Source: Rhynchopus sp. YZ270_cl-10
Taxonomy: Eukaryota
DNA length: 64,000 bases
NCBI GenBank assembly: GCA_964035575.1
Contig: OZ037837.1
Coordinates: 1,054,001 to 1,118,000, forward strand
Direction of reading: 5' to 3'
Shown: piece by piece, positions 47,501 to 59,737 of the stretch
Layout of the letters: every line of letters begins with the position of its first letter
Position numbering within the stretch: position 1 is the first letter of the stretch
Position numbers and translations under genes: made by a program
The notes under the pieces: generated by a model
What the model was told of the DNA's origin: nothing
Databases searched by the model: none
The model's input: the letters and a program-made list of their open reading frames with translations, nothing else

Positions 47501-50500
47501 TTGGCAACGAGGTACCGCTGCAGCTCTGCCTCGAGCGTGTCGCACTTCTGGGTCAAGTTGGTGCACTGCTTTTCCAGGTCTGTCATGCTGTATTGCATGT
47601 TGCGCAGCTCCTCGCGGTCGCGTTCGCGTTCGAGTTTGCGTTCGTGGAGGTCGGCCATGAGGCGCGCGACTTCTTCGTCGAGTTGGTCTTTGTTGTGTGC
47701 AGTGTGGTGCAGCTGCTCCAGCGCCTCTGCCAGCTCGTGTTTCGTCTTCTCAGCAGCTTTGGCAGCTTCGTGACGCCTCTTCTCGCATTCCGTTGCCTTG
47801 GCCAGGGCTTGGTTCATCAGGTCCTCATGGTGCTTTGCGTTCAGCTCCATGTCCTCCGCCTTTCTCCCTAGGGCATCTGCTTCGGCCTGTATGCGGCTAG
47901 CTTCCCACGCGAGTTTGTCTTTTTCGGTTTCTGCGAGGCGGCGCTTTTCGGTTTCATTGTGGATCTGTTCCTGAGCGGCGGAGAGCTCCTCAGCGGCAGT
48001 CAGGCTCTGTGCGACGTTCTTCTTGCGCTCTGCGGCAGTCTCCTCACGCATGCGTTGCATGTCTGCGACGAGCGCTTCAGCCTTGCGCTTTTCGTCTTCA
48101 ATCGCGGCCTCCAATGCGTGGATCTCACCACGCAGTGTCCGTGCAGTCTCATGCGCAGCAGCAGCCGCATCTTGCAGCTCCCTTTCCTTCCGAGAGTCGT
48201 CATCGGATATGCGTGCCTTCAGTGCACGGACCTCGTCTGCCAGGCCGTTTGCACGCTGCTGCTCGGCCTGGCGTCTTTCCTCTTCGTTGCGCAGCTCTGC
48301 CTCAAGGCGGTGCACCTCTCTCGCTAGCGTCCCTGCCTTCCTGTCGTGGCTGGCGTTCACCAGGTCTGCGTCGTGTTGAAGCTGCTCTGCCTCCCTTTGC
48401 AGGTCGCCGAGCTGGGCCTTGAGTGCGGCAGCTTCTTCATTCGCTTTGCGGACGTGGTCGTCTGCGGCGGCCAGTTGTTTTTTGTATTCTGTGACAACAC
48501 CGTCGGTGTGTTCGCGTTCCCGCGCGGCAGCAGCCAAGGCACGCTCGACCTTGCCTTCGCATTCTGCGAGGGCGCGCTCAAGCTCCTCCTTCGCAAGGTG
48601 CTCGGAGGCAAGCGAGGCACGCAACTCCTTCAGCTCCTCGGCGATGGAGTTGCTCCACTGCGCGCCCCTCTCCTGGCGGTCCAGCTCTGCTTGCAGGTCG
48701 CTTTCGAGCTGTGCCTTCTCCCGCGCGAAGCTAGCAGCCTGGCGAGACGCAGCCTCGACTGACTCCAGCTTCTCACGGCTGAGCCTCTCAACTTCGTCCT
48801 TCATCTCCTGCAACGATTCTTGGAGCGCAGCTTCTCTCGCATCCTTCTGCTTGCAGTCCAGCTCTGCTGCGTCTAAACGGATGATTGTTGCTTCGAGCTC
48901 TGCCTTAGTGCGTTCGTGATCACGTTCTGCAGTGGCGGTACGCTTTTCACAGTCAAGAATTTGGTCTTGAAGTTCGCGTTCTAGAGCAGCGCTGGCACGG
49001 CGCATGGTGTTGAGATCGTCGCGGAGGGCCTGCAGCTCAGAGTTGAGGCCTTTGATGCGTTCGAGGTGTTGTTGTTCTCTGGCCTTCTCTGCGTCAAGGT
49101 CGCTCTGGAGCTTGAGGATGTCGCGCTCGAGGGCAGCGTGTCTGCGGTCTGCCTCAGCAGCCTCGGCTATCTTGGAACGTTCGGTCTTCTCGTGGGCTCT
49201 GCGTTCGGCGGAAAGTTCTTCGGCTGCTTCCTTGCCTAGGGTTTTCTGCTCGGCAAGGTTGGTTTCCAGTTTGTCGTTTTTGTCTTCGAGGCGTTCAATG
49301 TCGGCAGACAGCTTGCGGCGTTCGCGTTCGGCAGTTTCGACCGCTTTTTCAAGGGATTTGAGTTCTTCGAGGGATTGGCGCCCTGCGCGAGTCAGGTCGT
49401 TCTTGAGGTCGGCTAGGTCTTGCTGTGCTTGGAGGAGGTCGGCGTCGCAGCGTGCGCGGCGGTCCTGTTCTTGTGTGAGGGTGGCGCGGAGGTGGTCGAT
49501 CTCGCGCTGCAGGGCGTCGGCATGCTTGGCAGCTTCGGCAACGACGTCTGCGTTGTCCTGTGTCAAGACCTCGTTATCGCGTTTCATGTCGCGGAGACGT
49601 GCCTGAAGGTCGGAGACCTCAGCAGAAAGTTCTTTTTGGGTGGCGTTTGCACGGTCGATGCGTTCCAGCGCGTCGGTAAGGTCCTGTGCAACGCGTTCCT
49701 TCTCGTGCTCCGCGTGGAGCAGGCGTGTGTCGGCGTCCTTCTCAGCCTGCTGCAGGTCGCGTTCCAAGGAGGTGACCCTGCGGCGCAGCTCTTGCGCTGT
49801 GTTGTTAGCGTCGCGCAGCTCCTTGCTGAGATCCTTGTTGCTGGCGTCGGCCTTGGCGTGTCGGGCGCGCTCGTCGTCGAGAAGTTGTTGCTGTCGTGTG
49901 GCGGCGTGCTCCGCATCGGCAAGCTGGCTTTGCAGTTCTTGGACACGCTGCTCTGCTTCTGGGAGCAGGTTGCGCTCCTTCGCGAGCTTCTCTTGGAGTG
50001 CCTTCACATCCGCTGTGAGGGCGTCGCACTGCACCTCAAGGCGTTTGCGCTGTGCAGTCTCACGCAGAAGGTTGTCCTTGAGTGCCAGCATGTCGCGGTC
50101 CGTGCTGTTCAGGTTTGCCCCTGCCTCGGCAACAAGGCGTTCCAGCTGAGCCACCTTCTCAGCGTAGGAGTCGTTGTCGCGCTGGAGAGTGTCGCGGTCT
50201 GCGGCTGCGTTGCGTGCGTCCTTCGCATGCTGGTCAGCATTGTTGCGTGCCTCGCGCAGCGCCACCGTCGCCTCCTTCAACGCTGTGTCCGCCTTAGCCG
50301 TGCGTGCTGCCTCGTCCTGGCATTCTTTACGTAGACGCTCCAAATCAGACCGCAGCATCTCCATCTCATGTGCATGCTGTGCAAGCTGGTCACGTGCCTG
50401 GCCTAGTTCACGGTCTGTTGTGGCCTGTGCGGTTGCGGCCTCAACGCCCAGAGCTTCGAGGCTGGTGACCTTCATGACGAGGCCTTCGTTGTCGCGTGTG

Positions 50501-53500
50501 AGGCGTCCGTTCTCGATGTCGGTGTTGCGGTTGTCGCGTTGCAGTGCGTCTGCGCGGGCTTTGGCATCGCGGAGCTTCTCCCAGGAGTCGTGGGATTCGG
50601 CTTCGAACTTCTCACGGCGGGCTTGCTCGTCGTCGCGCTCTTTGCGGAGGCGGGCGAGCTCGCTTGCGGCAGTGTGCGCTTCGTGTTTGAGAGTGGCCAG
50701 GGTGTCCCGCAGGTCAAGCAGCTCACGGTCCTGCGCCGCAGCCGCCTCGGTCTGGTCTGTGCCCTGCTTCTGTAGGTGTGCAATCTTCGCCGCAAGCGCC
50801 GCGTTCTCAGCCTTGAGCCTCTCATGAAGCATCGTCGCACTGCTTGCCTCGCGTTGCAGCTCCTCGCTGCGTGTCTTTTCCTCACGCAGCTTCCGCCACG
50901 CCTCGTTTGCCTCGGTCTGTAGCTTCGCGCGCTGCTCCTTCTCGTCGGAAAGCTCGCGTCCGCAGCGTTCCAGATCGAAGCTGGCCTTGGAGAGGGTGTC
51001 ACGCTTCTCCGCAAGCTCCTCGTTGAGGCGGAGGATGTCTGCCTTGGCGCGCGCAAGGTTGTCGCGGAGGGTGGCAAGCTCTTGGTCGTGCTCGCTGAGG
51101 GTGAGGCCGGCCTCGCTGGCGAGGCGCTCGTAGGACTCAGCCTTGACACGGAGCGCGTCTGCGTCGGCCTGTGCAGCGGTGATGTCCTGCTTGAGAGCAG
51201 CGTTCTCACGGCGCAGCAAATCTTCTTCTACGTGCAGGGTTCTGTTCTCCCCTTGCAGGTCGTCTGCGTGCGCTGTGCTGTCGCGTAGCTTTGCCAACGC
51301 ATCATTGAGATCTGCCTCTGCCTTGCGCCTGCGTGCCTGCTCCTCTGCACCTTCCTGGCGAAGGCGTTGGTTCTCTCCCTCCAAAACAGAGCTGTCGCCA
51401 CTCAAAGCGTTCAAACGATCCCGCAGCTCTTGCAGCTCCTTCTGCGCATCTGTTAACGCATTGTTTTTGTCAGATAGCGCCTTCTCTGCAGACGTAGCCC
51501 GCGCCTCTAGTGAATCGGCATGACGCTGTGCCTTTTCCAGATCGGCAAGCGCCTGCTGCTTGTCGCGTGCGCTGTCTTGCGCTTCGGTTTGCGCAGTGCG
51601 GATTTTGTCCCAAGCTTCGGTCAGATCGGCATCCGCCTTTTTGTTGCGTGCGACCTCCGCTGAGAGTGCGTCCGTAAGACGTGCTGCCTCGGTCTGGAGG
51701 AGGGCAAGCTCAGAGCGCAGCTGCTGTGCGTCAGAGGCCTCGTCTTGGCCGGACTTCGATGCCTGCTCTAAACGGCCCTGAAGCAGGCTTGTCTCACGTC
51801 TGTTCGCATCAAGCGACTGTGCAGACGCGTTCAGCTCCCCTTGAAGACGTTCCAGCTCCTTCGCCATCTCGGTCTCGCTGAAGAGGAGCTGTGCAGAGGC
51901 GGCTTCTTGCACGACGTTCTCATTGCGTAGATCGCGGAGTTGGTCTTCGAGAGATGCCAGGTCTGCCGTCAGATGTGCGTTGCGCTCCTGCAATGTATCA
52001 TGCGCCTGCTTCGTCTCCTCGTACTTTGCGACGAATGGGCTTAGGCTGTCCACATCGCGCTCCAAAAGTGCGTTTCTGTCTTCCTGGATTTTGAGCTGAT
52101 CGGTGACCCCTTTGCGTGCAGCTTCTGCTTCATTGCGTGCTTCCTCGAGCATCGCGTTGAGTGCTTCCAACTCTGCAATGCGTTCTAACAGCTCTGTGTT
52201 GGTTTTGTCACCATGTGACACTTTGATTTCAAGCTGTTCACGAAGGTCGTCGATGCTTGAGGCTTGCTCGCGTGTCTTTTTCTTTTCCTCCTGAAGCTCT
52301 GTCTCGAGCTGTTTGTTCTGCTCATTCGCCTCCGTGAGAAGCTGCCGCAACGAAGACATATCATCCAACTCTGCATTCAGATTCCCAATCGTCTCCTCCT
52401 TCGACGCAAGCTGCCTCTGCAAATCCCCAGCCTGCTTTGTTAAGTTCTGAATCTCCCTAATATGCTTACCCACAATAGTATCCGTCTGCTGCTTCTCCGA
52501 CTTCACACGCAACAACTCCCCTTCACGGCGCGACAACTGCCTCTGCAGATCGGTCACAACGCGCTCCAAATTCTTCGACTTCCCTTCCTCTCCTGCATCT
52601 GAGTTCGGACCACTCGGAGAAGGTGTCGGTGGAGCAGCTCCAGTTAACAATTTCAACGCCATTCCAGCCGCCTCATCTTTGCCAACAAGACGTTGCTGTT
52701 CGATCACCTTCATCCCACCGTCGCGAAGACGTTTTGCGAGGCCCCCTTGCGGGGAGTTAGTCTGCGTCTTTTTGGGAAGAGATTGAGTCGCATTGTGGAC
52801 CCGAGTTGCGGTAACAAAAAGACGTTTTAAAGATGGAGACGGTGTTGTCAAGCTTGCAGAGAGCGTTAATGAGAATCGGAGGTCCGGTACAGCAAACAGC
52901 TCTGTCACGCTTTTTGGAACCGAACTGCGGGCCTGCATACCGACAACCCAGGTCTGCAGCGCGCTTTCGAACATCGCGCGGTGCGATTCTGTTGGCTGAA
53001 CAAAATTCATGACCGACACCTTTCCCGTCTCTTTATTACGAAGAACGATCGATGCCGCAAAGGTCTCTTCCAACAGCTCTTCAGGCAAGGCGCCTTTCAT
53101 TGTCCACAACGTATGAGAGACCTGCTTGACCGGAAGATAGCCGCATCCAAAAAACGCGGTTGGGGTATGTTGGTACTCAGGTCCTCCCTCTACTGCGGCA
53201 CCGCTCCACATATCAGAAATCTCGAGCGACAATGGATCGCCCTTCAATCCACATAGCGCTACCTTCAGTGTGTACGCTTCCGTCCAGATCTTTGCAGATA
53301 GTCCTGAAGTGGTAAGGTTTTCCAAATGAGATACGATGGCTCGCAATGTACGGATAAAAGACCCATCGGTACTGTACGAAGGCGAATCCTCTGTTAGCGG
53401 GTGGACATCGTTGACAGGGTGTGCACCAAAGAGGGTGTGTCTGCGGCCAAGGGGGTGTGGTTCGCCCATATGCAGAACGTTCGCGCTTGATCCTTCTAAA

Positions 53501-53718
53501 AAAGGTTCGACAAGAGGCTCGACGGCGGACGCCCAGGCTTCTTGCTGAGAGGCGCCGGGGTTGAGAACTTCAGTGCATTTTAGTGTGGTGCCTTCGTGAA
53601 GTTTGACTGCGCCGTCCATTTTCATTTGCGGTGCATCGCCGGATCCGTCGGTGAAACGCAACACGATTTGCCCCTGCTTCTTCCCACCCCCGTCGTCGCC
53701 GGATCCCCAGCGCTTCAT
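44538..53718 (-). CDS. Giant coiled-coil protein with degenerate N-terminal kinesin motor-like domain (exons 45903-53718, 45170-45441, 44538-44768; ~2,770 aa)
   Basis: VLNPGASQQEAWASAVEPLVEPFLEGSSANVLHMGEPHPLGRRHTLFG mirrors the kinesin segment VF....Q.EV......PLV...LEG.N.TIFAYGQTGSGKTHTM.G. More than 2,200 aa of heptads follow, and the introns are in-phase GT-AG. Confidence 0.85.
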
Positions 53719-53995
53719 AGGGGTGGATGGGAGTTCTCCCCTTTAGGTTTTTAAAAAAAAATCTGTAAAATGATGTGTTTCGGAGATGAGGGGGGGAGAG
53801 AGGGAGGAGGGAGGAGGAATAGAGGAAAATAAAGGAAGGGAGCAGTGAACTTTGCATTAACAAAAAAAAAAAAATTCATTGGTTATGTAAAAAGCGCTTT
53901 TAGAGCTTATTCTCGAGGTGTACTAATACAACTGAGTTTTTCAAAAAAAAAAAATGGAAGATGTGTCTTTCGTGCACAGATCTATAAAAAAAAGC

Positions 53996-55582
53996 TTAAT
54001 AATCGGGTAGGATATTCCAGGTACGTGCCGCGGAGTGGGTAATGAGCATGCTTGGCGGTGTGATGCCCCTTTCTGTATAGACCTTCAGTGCTCCCTGGAT
54101 CCACGGCTCTGTCGGGCTGAAGGTGAGGCCGTAGACGCTTGCGTGGTCGAAGATTTTGCTGAGGGAGGAGGGGTCGTTGTGCGAGAGGCACAACTTTACC
54201 ATGCTCTGCGTGGCCACACGAAGCGACGCCGCCTGCCACGTGGCAGACAAAAAACAGTACATCGCAAGCTCGAATGCCTCCTCCGTCTGTTCAGACGCAT
54301 GCGCGCAGGCGGTGATAAACGCTGCATCCAACACTGCATGATCCACAGCCTTCACTGCCAAAGACCGTGCCCTCTTATAAATCGCCTTCGCCTCTTCATA
54401 GCTACCGTTTCTCCCATAACAGTGAAGCATGGTTTTGAACATAGCCGTTGTGGTGGGGGTGGAAAGTCGCTTTACCCCGGAGGTGGTTTGAACTGCAAGA
54501 CCATGCTCTGCGAGGTCTGCGAGCCAGACAATATCGTCTGCCTTCGCTGCCTTTTCGATTAGTGTTGAAATCAGAAACGACGGATCGGCCATAACCCTTT
54601 TCTGCCTTTCCCTCGCGCTTCGTGAACCCCCCGCTTTTTCTTTCCCAAAAAGCATTCCTTTGTCCAGAAGTTTTGCAATAACAATCATACAATCCTCCTT
54701 AGTACTGCACACTCGAAGACACATCACATACGGCGCCGCATCGCCACACAACGTCCCATTCCGATCCGCAACATGAAACGCAAGCCCCAAAACATCCTTC
54801 ACTGTCATCCTTCCCGGTGCACTGCAATGCTCTTTGAGATACGCTGATTCGAGAGTGGCCAAATTCATGCGAGAAGGAGCTGCAGAAAGCAGGGCCTGAA
54901 AGTACGCAATACACACTATACGAGGACGGGATGTCATATTCATGTAGAGCTTACGGATTGCAGGGTAATCCTCTAGAAGAGATAACACTGCGATTATATC
55001 AGCATACACCGCAAAACTCCATCTAATGCTTGAGGCAGGACTCCCTATATCAGTTGCAATACGATAAGCGATCCGACTGCGTCTGGTCACCACAAAAAAT
55101 TGTAGTACCGTAGACAACGTCTCTGCCCCAGCTCGCTTCTCTGAGATTGCGGACATGAAGGCTTGCAGGATTTCGCGGGACTTCCGTTTGGTCAGCTTCG
55201 CAACACCCTTCCCAGACATTTCCTCGATAGCCTCTGTCACCAAAGACGCCTTATGGGGTTTCCAAATCTGTTGAATAACTTTGCTCGTTTCGGAGTCAAC
55301 GTCGTGTGGTATAGTAAATCGTGTTGGTGCAGGGGTACTCCGCTCAAAGTAAATGCTGGTAGGAACAGTACCTAAAATGGTCATAACCTCAGAATGGATT
55401 TCGGCCGCACCGCTGTCTGTTGTATCCGCCTCAAGGGAATCGATCCATGAATCGCGCAAGCCAGAAGGGACAGAAAGAAGCTGTTGTGCTTTGAGCATAG
55501 TGTCCTCGGGTGTAGGAAGTGGTGTCACTGCTGCAGCAAGACGTCGAAGGGCGGAACCCTGGGTGCTACATCGTTTCAGCAT
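53996..55582 (-). CDS. Probable mitochondrial PPR-like helical-repeat protein (528 aa)
   Basis: Presequence-like MLKRCSTQGSALRRLAAA; PPR-like motifs MFKTMLHCYGRNGSYEEAKAIYKRA and YADIIAVLSLLEDYPAIRKLYMNM. Confidence 0.7.
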   Translation of the reverse strand: MLKRCSTQGSALRRLAAAVTPLPTPEDTMLKAQQLLSVPSGLRDSWIDSLEADTTDSGAAEIHSEVMTILGTVPTSIYFERSTPAPTRFTIPHDVDSETSKVIQQIWKPHKASLVTEAIEEMSGKGVAKLTKRKSREILQAFMSAISEKRAGAETLSTVLQFFVVTRRSRIAYRIATDIGSPASSIRWSFAVYADIIAVLSLLEDYPAIRKLYMNMTSRPRIVCIAYFQALLSAAPSRMNLATLESAYLKEHCSAPGRMTVKDVLGLAFHVADRNGTLCGDAAPYVMCLRVCSTKEDCMIVIAKLLDKGMLFGKEKAGGSRSARERQKRVMADPSFLISTLIEKAAKADDIVWLADLAEHGLAVQTTSGVKRLSTPTTTAMFKTMLHCYGRNGSYEEAKAIYKRARSLAVKAVDHAVLDAAFITACAHASEQTEEAFELAMYCFLSATWQAASLRVATQSMVKLCLSHNDPSSLSKIFDHASVYGLTFSPTEPWIQGALKVYTERGITPPSMLITHSAARTWNILPDY

Positions 55583-55713
55583 AGGTGCACCGCCTATAAA
55601 AAAAAAGGGGGAGAATAAAGGGAAGGGTAGATATGTAAAATTCAGAATTCGCTAGTTTCTGAGAAGACCAATCAGGGCAGCTCTTACGTTGTGTCGAAGT
55701 GCGCCCGGCAGAG

Positions 55714-56359
55714 CAAGGCTCTCGGGGGGGGGGGGGGGGGGGGGTGATTTTGCCCAAAAATCCCCAAAAAAAAAAAAAAAAACCGGATTTTGGGGGGGGT
55801 GATTTATTAGGAAAATCACCCCCCAAAAAAAAAAAAAAAGTTGGGAAATCCGGATTTTTTTTGGGGGGGTCTTCTACTAGAGCTCCGTTGTTCACACAGC
55901 AGTGAACAAAGTGACCTGTCACAGCCAGAACGCGACTCAATTGGTCAAACGCCGAAGGAAGAGGAAGCATGCAGCATGGCGAAAGAAAAAAGTAGCGTAC
56001 CGTGCGCCTGCGGCGCAAGCTTACAACCACCCTTCCCTTTGACATAGTTTGGCTGTAATAATGTGCAATTTTAAGCGCATTTTTTTGAAATATTGCGTAC
56101 CGTGGCTTCGCCAGAAATTTTGGTTTAGCAAAATATGGAAGTAAAATTCATGCAAACTGACGATAATTACCAACGACGGTGCCATTTTATGTCGACATTT
56201 TTTAGAAATGTTGCGTACCGTGGCTTCGCCCGGAACCTTTCGGGTGCCATGACTGCTGTTTCTTTCCCACGTCCCTCCCTTTGCACATAGTGTGGGGAAA
56301 TTTTTTTGACCCCAAATCACCCCCTTTTTGGGTTTTGGGGGTGATCTCCGAGAGCCCTG
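55714..56359. mobile_element. hAT-like non-autonomous element, 8-bp TSD
   Basis: CGGCAGAG|CAAGGCTCTCGG...CCGAGAGCCCTG|CGGCAGAG. Confidence 0.88.
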
Positions 56360-56611
56360 CGGCAGAGAATTTAAAAAAAAAAAAAAAATGTATTTTATCA
56401 TGGATGTACAAAGTACTTTTTTCCAGAAAGTAAAAAAAAGTAGAAAATCCCAGTACTTGATACTTCAAGTACTTGACCCGTTTTTTTTTTTTTTTTTACT
56501 TGATTACTTTTTTTTTTGCATCAAGTACTTGATTCGGCAAAAAAATGGAAAAGTACTTGAATAAATTCAAGTACTTTTCCATTTTTTTTACTTTTTTTGC
56601 CAATTCAAGTA

Positions 56612-57039
56612 CATGGATGTCCAAAGTACTTGAAGTACTTTTTTTGGATTTTTTATGGTACTTGAAGTACTTGACCCCCCTTTTTTTTCCTCTCAAAATG
56701 ACAGTCAAGTACTTGAAGATTGATCAAGTACTTGACAGAAATCAAGTACTTGATACCCTATTTTTTTTTCTCGTACTTTTTTACTTTTTTACCCTCTGGC
56801 AGAGTCTGTCAAGTACTTGTTTTCGCAAAAAAACGTCAAGTACTTGATCAAGTGCCCACTTTTTTTTTGTACTTGTTCAAGTACTTGACGTTTTTTTTTG
56901 TGAAAAAAGTACTTGACAGAGGGAGAACAAGTAAAAAAGTACTAGAAAAAAAAATAGGGTGTCAAGTACTTGAAGTATCAAGTATTGGATTTTTTGGGGG
57001 ATCAAGTACTTGATACTTCAAGTACTTTGGACATCCATG
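56612..57039. mobile_element. CATGGATG-TIR element inserted in its own family member, 6-bp TSD CAAGTA
   Basis: CAAGTA|CATGGATGTCCAAAGTACTTGAAGTA...TACTTCAAGTACTTTGGACATCCATG|CAAGTA. Confidence 0.88.
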
Positions 57040-57131
57040 CAAGTACTTGATGCAACAAAAAAAGTAATCAAGTACAAAAAAAGTGAAAGTACTTGAAGGA
57101 AAAAAAGTACTTGAAGCAAGAAAAAAATATT

Positions 57132-59322
57132 GGGGAATAGTCAGTTATACCCTACCCTTTTTTTGAAATGGTCAGAGATACCCGAAAATAAGTTCAGATA
57201 TACCCGAAAACCAGAAATAGGGCATAACTGACTATATCTGAACTTATTTTCGGGTATTTGAACTTATTTTCGGGTATATCTGAACTTTTTTCGGGTATCT
57301 CTGAACTTATTTGGGGTACCCACTTATTTGGGGGTACCCCCTTTGATTTTTTGCCCAGTGGGTGAGTGACCCACCATGAGGGAATGCGACAGCAGAGACA
57401 GTATTGAAGCAGCATGGTATGATTTTCACCCCTCTACCCCACACACAGTTACTTTTAGTGGGGGTAAATACCCGCAAACCCGCAAACCCTTATACCTGGT
57501 CCCTCGCTTCGCTTGGGAACCATTAGTGCAGCAGGAAACTCTCTGTAGCGTGAAAAAAGGCTACCTTATTTCACGGAAATACATAGTTATGACCACTTTT
57601 TTCATTAACCTCACCCTTCCCGACTACTGCATTTGTATACCATAACTTAATCACACCCCACATTTCCACTCATCACAGGATCGTGAAATCTGAACTGCAT
57701 CCGTGATTGCGATGAGCGCCGCTCTCCGACATTCAACAACTCAAAATCCAAGGCTTCACCCAAATCAATCTATTCTAGATTTGTTTGTGGACGAAGACCT
57801 GGGGGTGGTAACACTTTGTCAGTCACTGCTATAGCCATTAACCCAGGGAGCATAGCTAGTGCAAGAAATTCGACTTTGGAAACCTTCCGGAAAGTCTGTC
57901 CTCTGCTTACGGAGGACGAGGCACAAGAAAATATTGCGTTCCCCCAGAAAACCAGTGCACATTTCACACTCCTTGTGGGTGGTCTTGTTGCCTTTTTTGT
58001 CAAGTAATTTTGGCCCAGGCATGCTCTCGAAGCATGACAATTTAGTGTGTATGGGGCAGGGTGTTGTTTTGTTCTGAATTCTCTTTGTTATAACATCTAA
58101 GTCAATTGCGGGTGGTGGTTTGTGTAGCGTGAGGCACTCTTTTTAGCAAACTTCCTGCGGCTGCTAAAGTGTTATTTCTTCGGATTTAACAACGTACAGC
58201 GTAACATAGTGGTTTAGCCTGGTCGACACAACCTTTGATAGATATGGGATAACCAACCCCCTTCGACCCCTCGTGGGTTCACTGAACAAGCCCTAGTGGT
58301 AGTTAAACGCGATTGACATTTACATTCCTAGAGATGAAAGAACAAGACAACACTTCTGTACCCGCGCATCAAAATTGTGGAAAACTTTGCACCCCAAACA
58401 CCCTCAACAACGCCCGCCAAAAGGCGCCCCTTGTTGCTGGGAGTTGGTTCTCATGATACCTGCACAGCGGGCATTCCTCTGAGTCCAATGCATGTTTGGC
58501 CTGTCTGCGGCGTTGTACTTCAGGTGCACGAAGACAGGGTCTGGTGGTAAATTTTGCGTAGTACTGCGACGTGGTACTGCGTGGGTCTGGGAACCTGGGT
58601 ACCTGGGTACAGGAAATTTGTTGTGGAAGACATCAACCACCATGCATTGAGGAGGGTAAGACAGTGTTCGCAGTTTCTACCTGATAGCATTACACATTTA
58701 ACTTCTCCACGGGGGTCTTGGGCCGTTCACTCGGTTCTACCTTGACTACCGGAAGATATTCTTGAGGCCTTTTTGGTCTCTAGAATATCCGGTCTTCCCG
58801 AACGGAGGCACACTTTGTGTGTTACTACGACCTGGCAATTTCCAGCAGTAGGTTAAGTAATCTTTCTTGTAAATTGTTGGATCATTATCTCCTCAGTGCA
58901 TGAATGCCCCACGTGACTGGACACTTTTGTGTTTGTCATGTGGAGCTGTGGTTGCTCTTTCACGACTTTTTTCCTGTTCCTGGGTACCTGGACCTGGTAT
59001 CTGGGTATCTGGGTATCTGGGTATCTGGGTATCTGGGTATCTGGGTATCTGGGTATCTGGGTATCTGGGTATCTGGGTATCTGGGTATACCCGAAAACCA
59101 ACTTTTTTGGGGTACCCGAAAAAAGTTGGCGATATGGTCAGACATGCCCGAAAATAAGTTGAGAAATAGTCAGAGATACCCGAAATACCCGAAAATAAGT
59201 TCAGATATTGGTCAGTTATGCCCTATTTTTGAAAATGGGGCATCTCTGACCAATATCTGAACTTATTTTCGGGTATCTCTGACCATTTCAAAAAAAGGGT
59301 AGGGCATAACTGACTATTCCCC
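57132..59322. mobile_element. Mutator (MULE)-like element, ~70-bp TIRs, 9-bp TSD
   Basis: AAAAATATT|GGGGAATAGTCAGTTAT...ATAACTGACTATTCCCC|AAAAATATT; no intact transposase ORF. Confidence 0.88.
58995..59088. repeat. 8-bp tandem repeat (CTGGGTAT) x ~11
   Basis: Read directly; reverse complement CCCAGATA differs by one base from the 6278 array unit. Confidence 0.95.
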
Positions 59323-59737
59323 AAAAATATTTTTTTCTTTTTTTTTTAAATCGATCAAGTACTTGAAGTACACCAAAAAAAGTAAAAAAAAGTAATCAAG
59401 TACTTTGTACATCCATGTTTTATAATCTGAAGGGAAAAAAATGGGGGAGAAAAGAAGAAATCCATTTTTTTTGTGTCGACAATCGCCTAAAAACACATTT
59501 GAGGCGAATAGGGTCTGTACTCAATGTTTGGCCGAAAGCCTTTTTGTACTACGGAAGGTATAGACGTCATTCGTCCTGAACCCTTGAGAGCAGCTTTTTA
59601 GCAGTGTTCTTGTTTTTTTCTTTTTTTCTGAAAACTTTTGTTACCATTCCTTTTTTTTTTTAGGGGAACGGACAGTGTTTCCGCGCTCCTTCATTGGGTA
59701 CGATTTTTGATGAAGAATCGTGATTTTGTACATAAAA

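Larger units (their letters stand above)
56399..59417. mobile_element. CATGGATG-TIR element, 6-bp TSD TTTTAT (host of two nested insertions)
   Basis: TTTTAT|CATGGATGTACAAAGTACT...AGTACTTTGTACATCCATG|TTTTAT; body packed with TCAAGTACTTGA palindromes. Confidence 0.88.

Noticed and set aside
46065..52376. Many alternative-frame and plus-strand ORFs inside the giant coiled-coil gene
   Set aside because: Expected shadows of GC-rich, codon-biased coding DNA.
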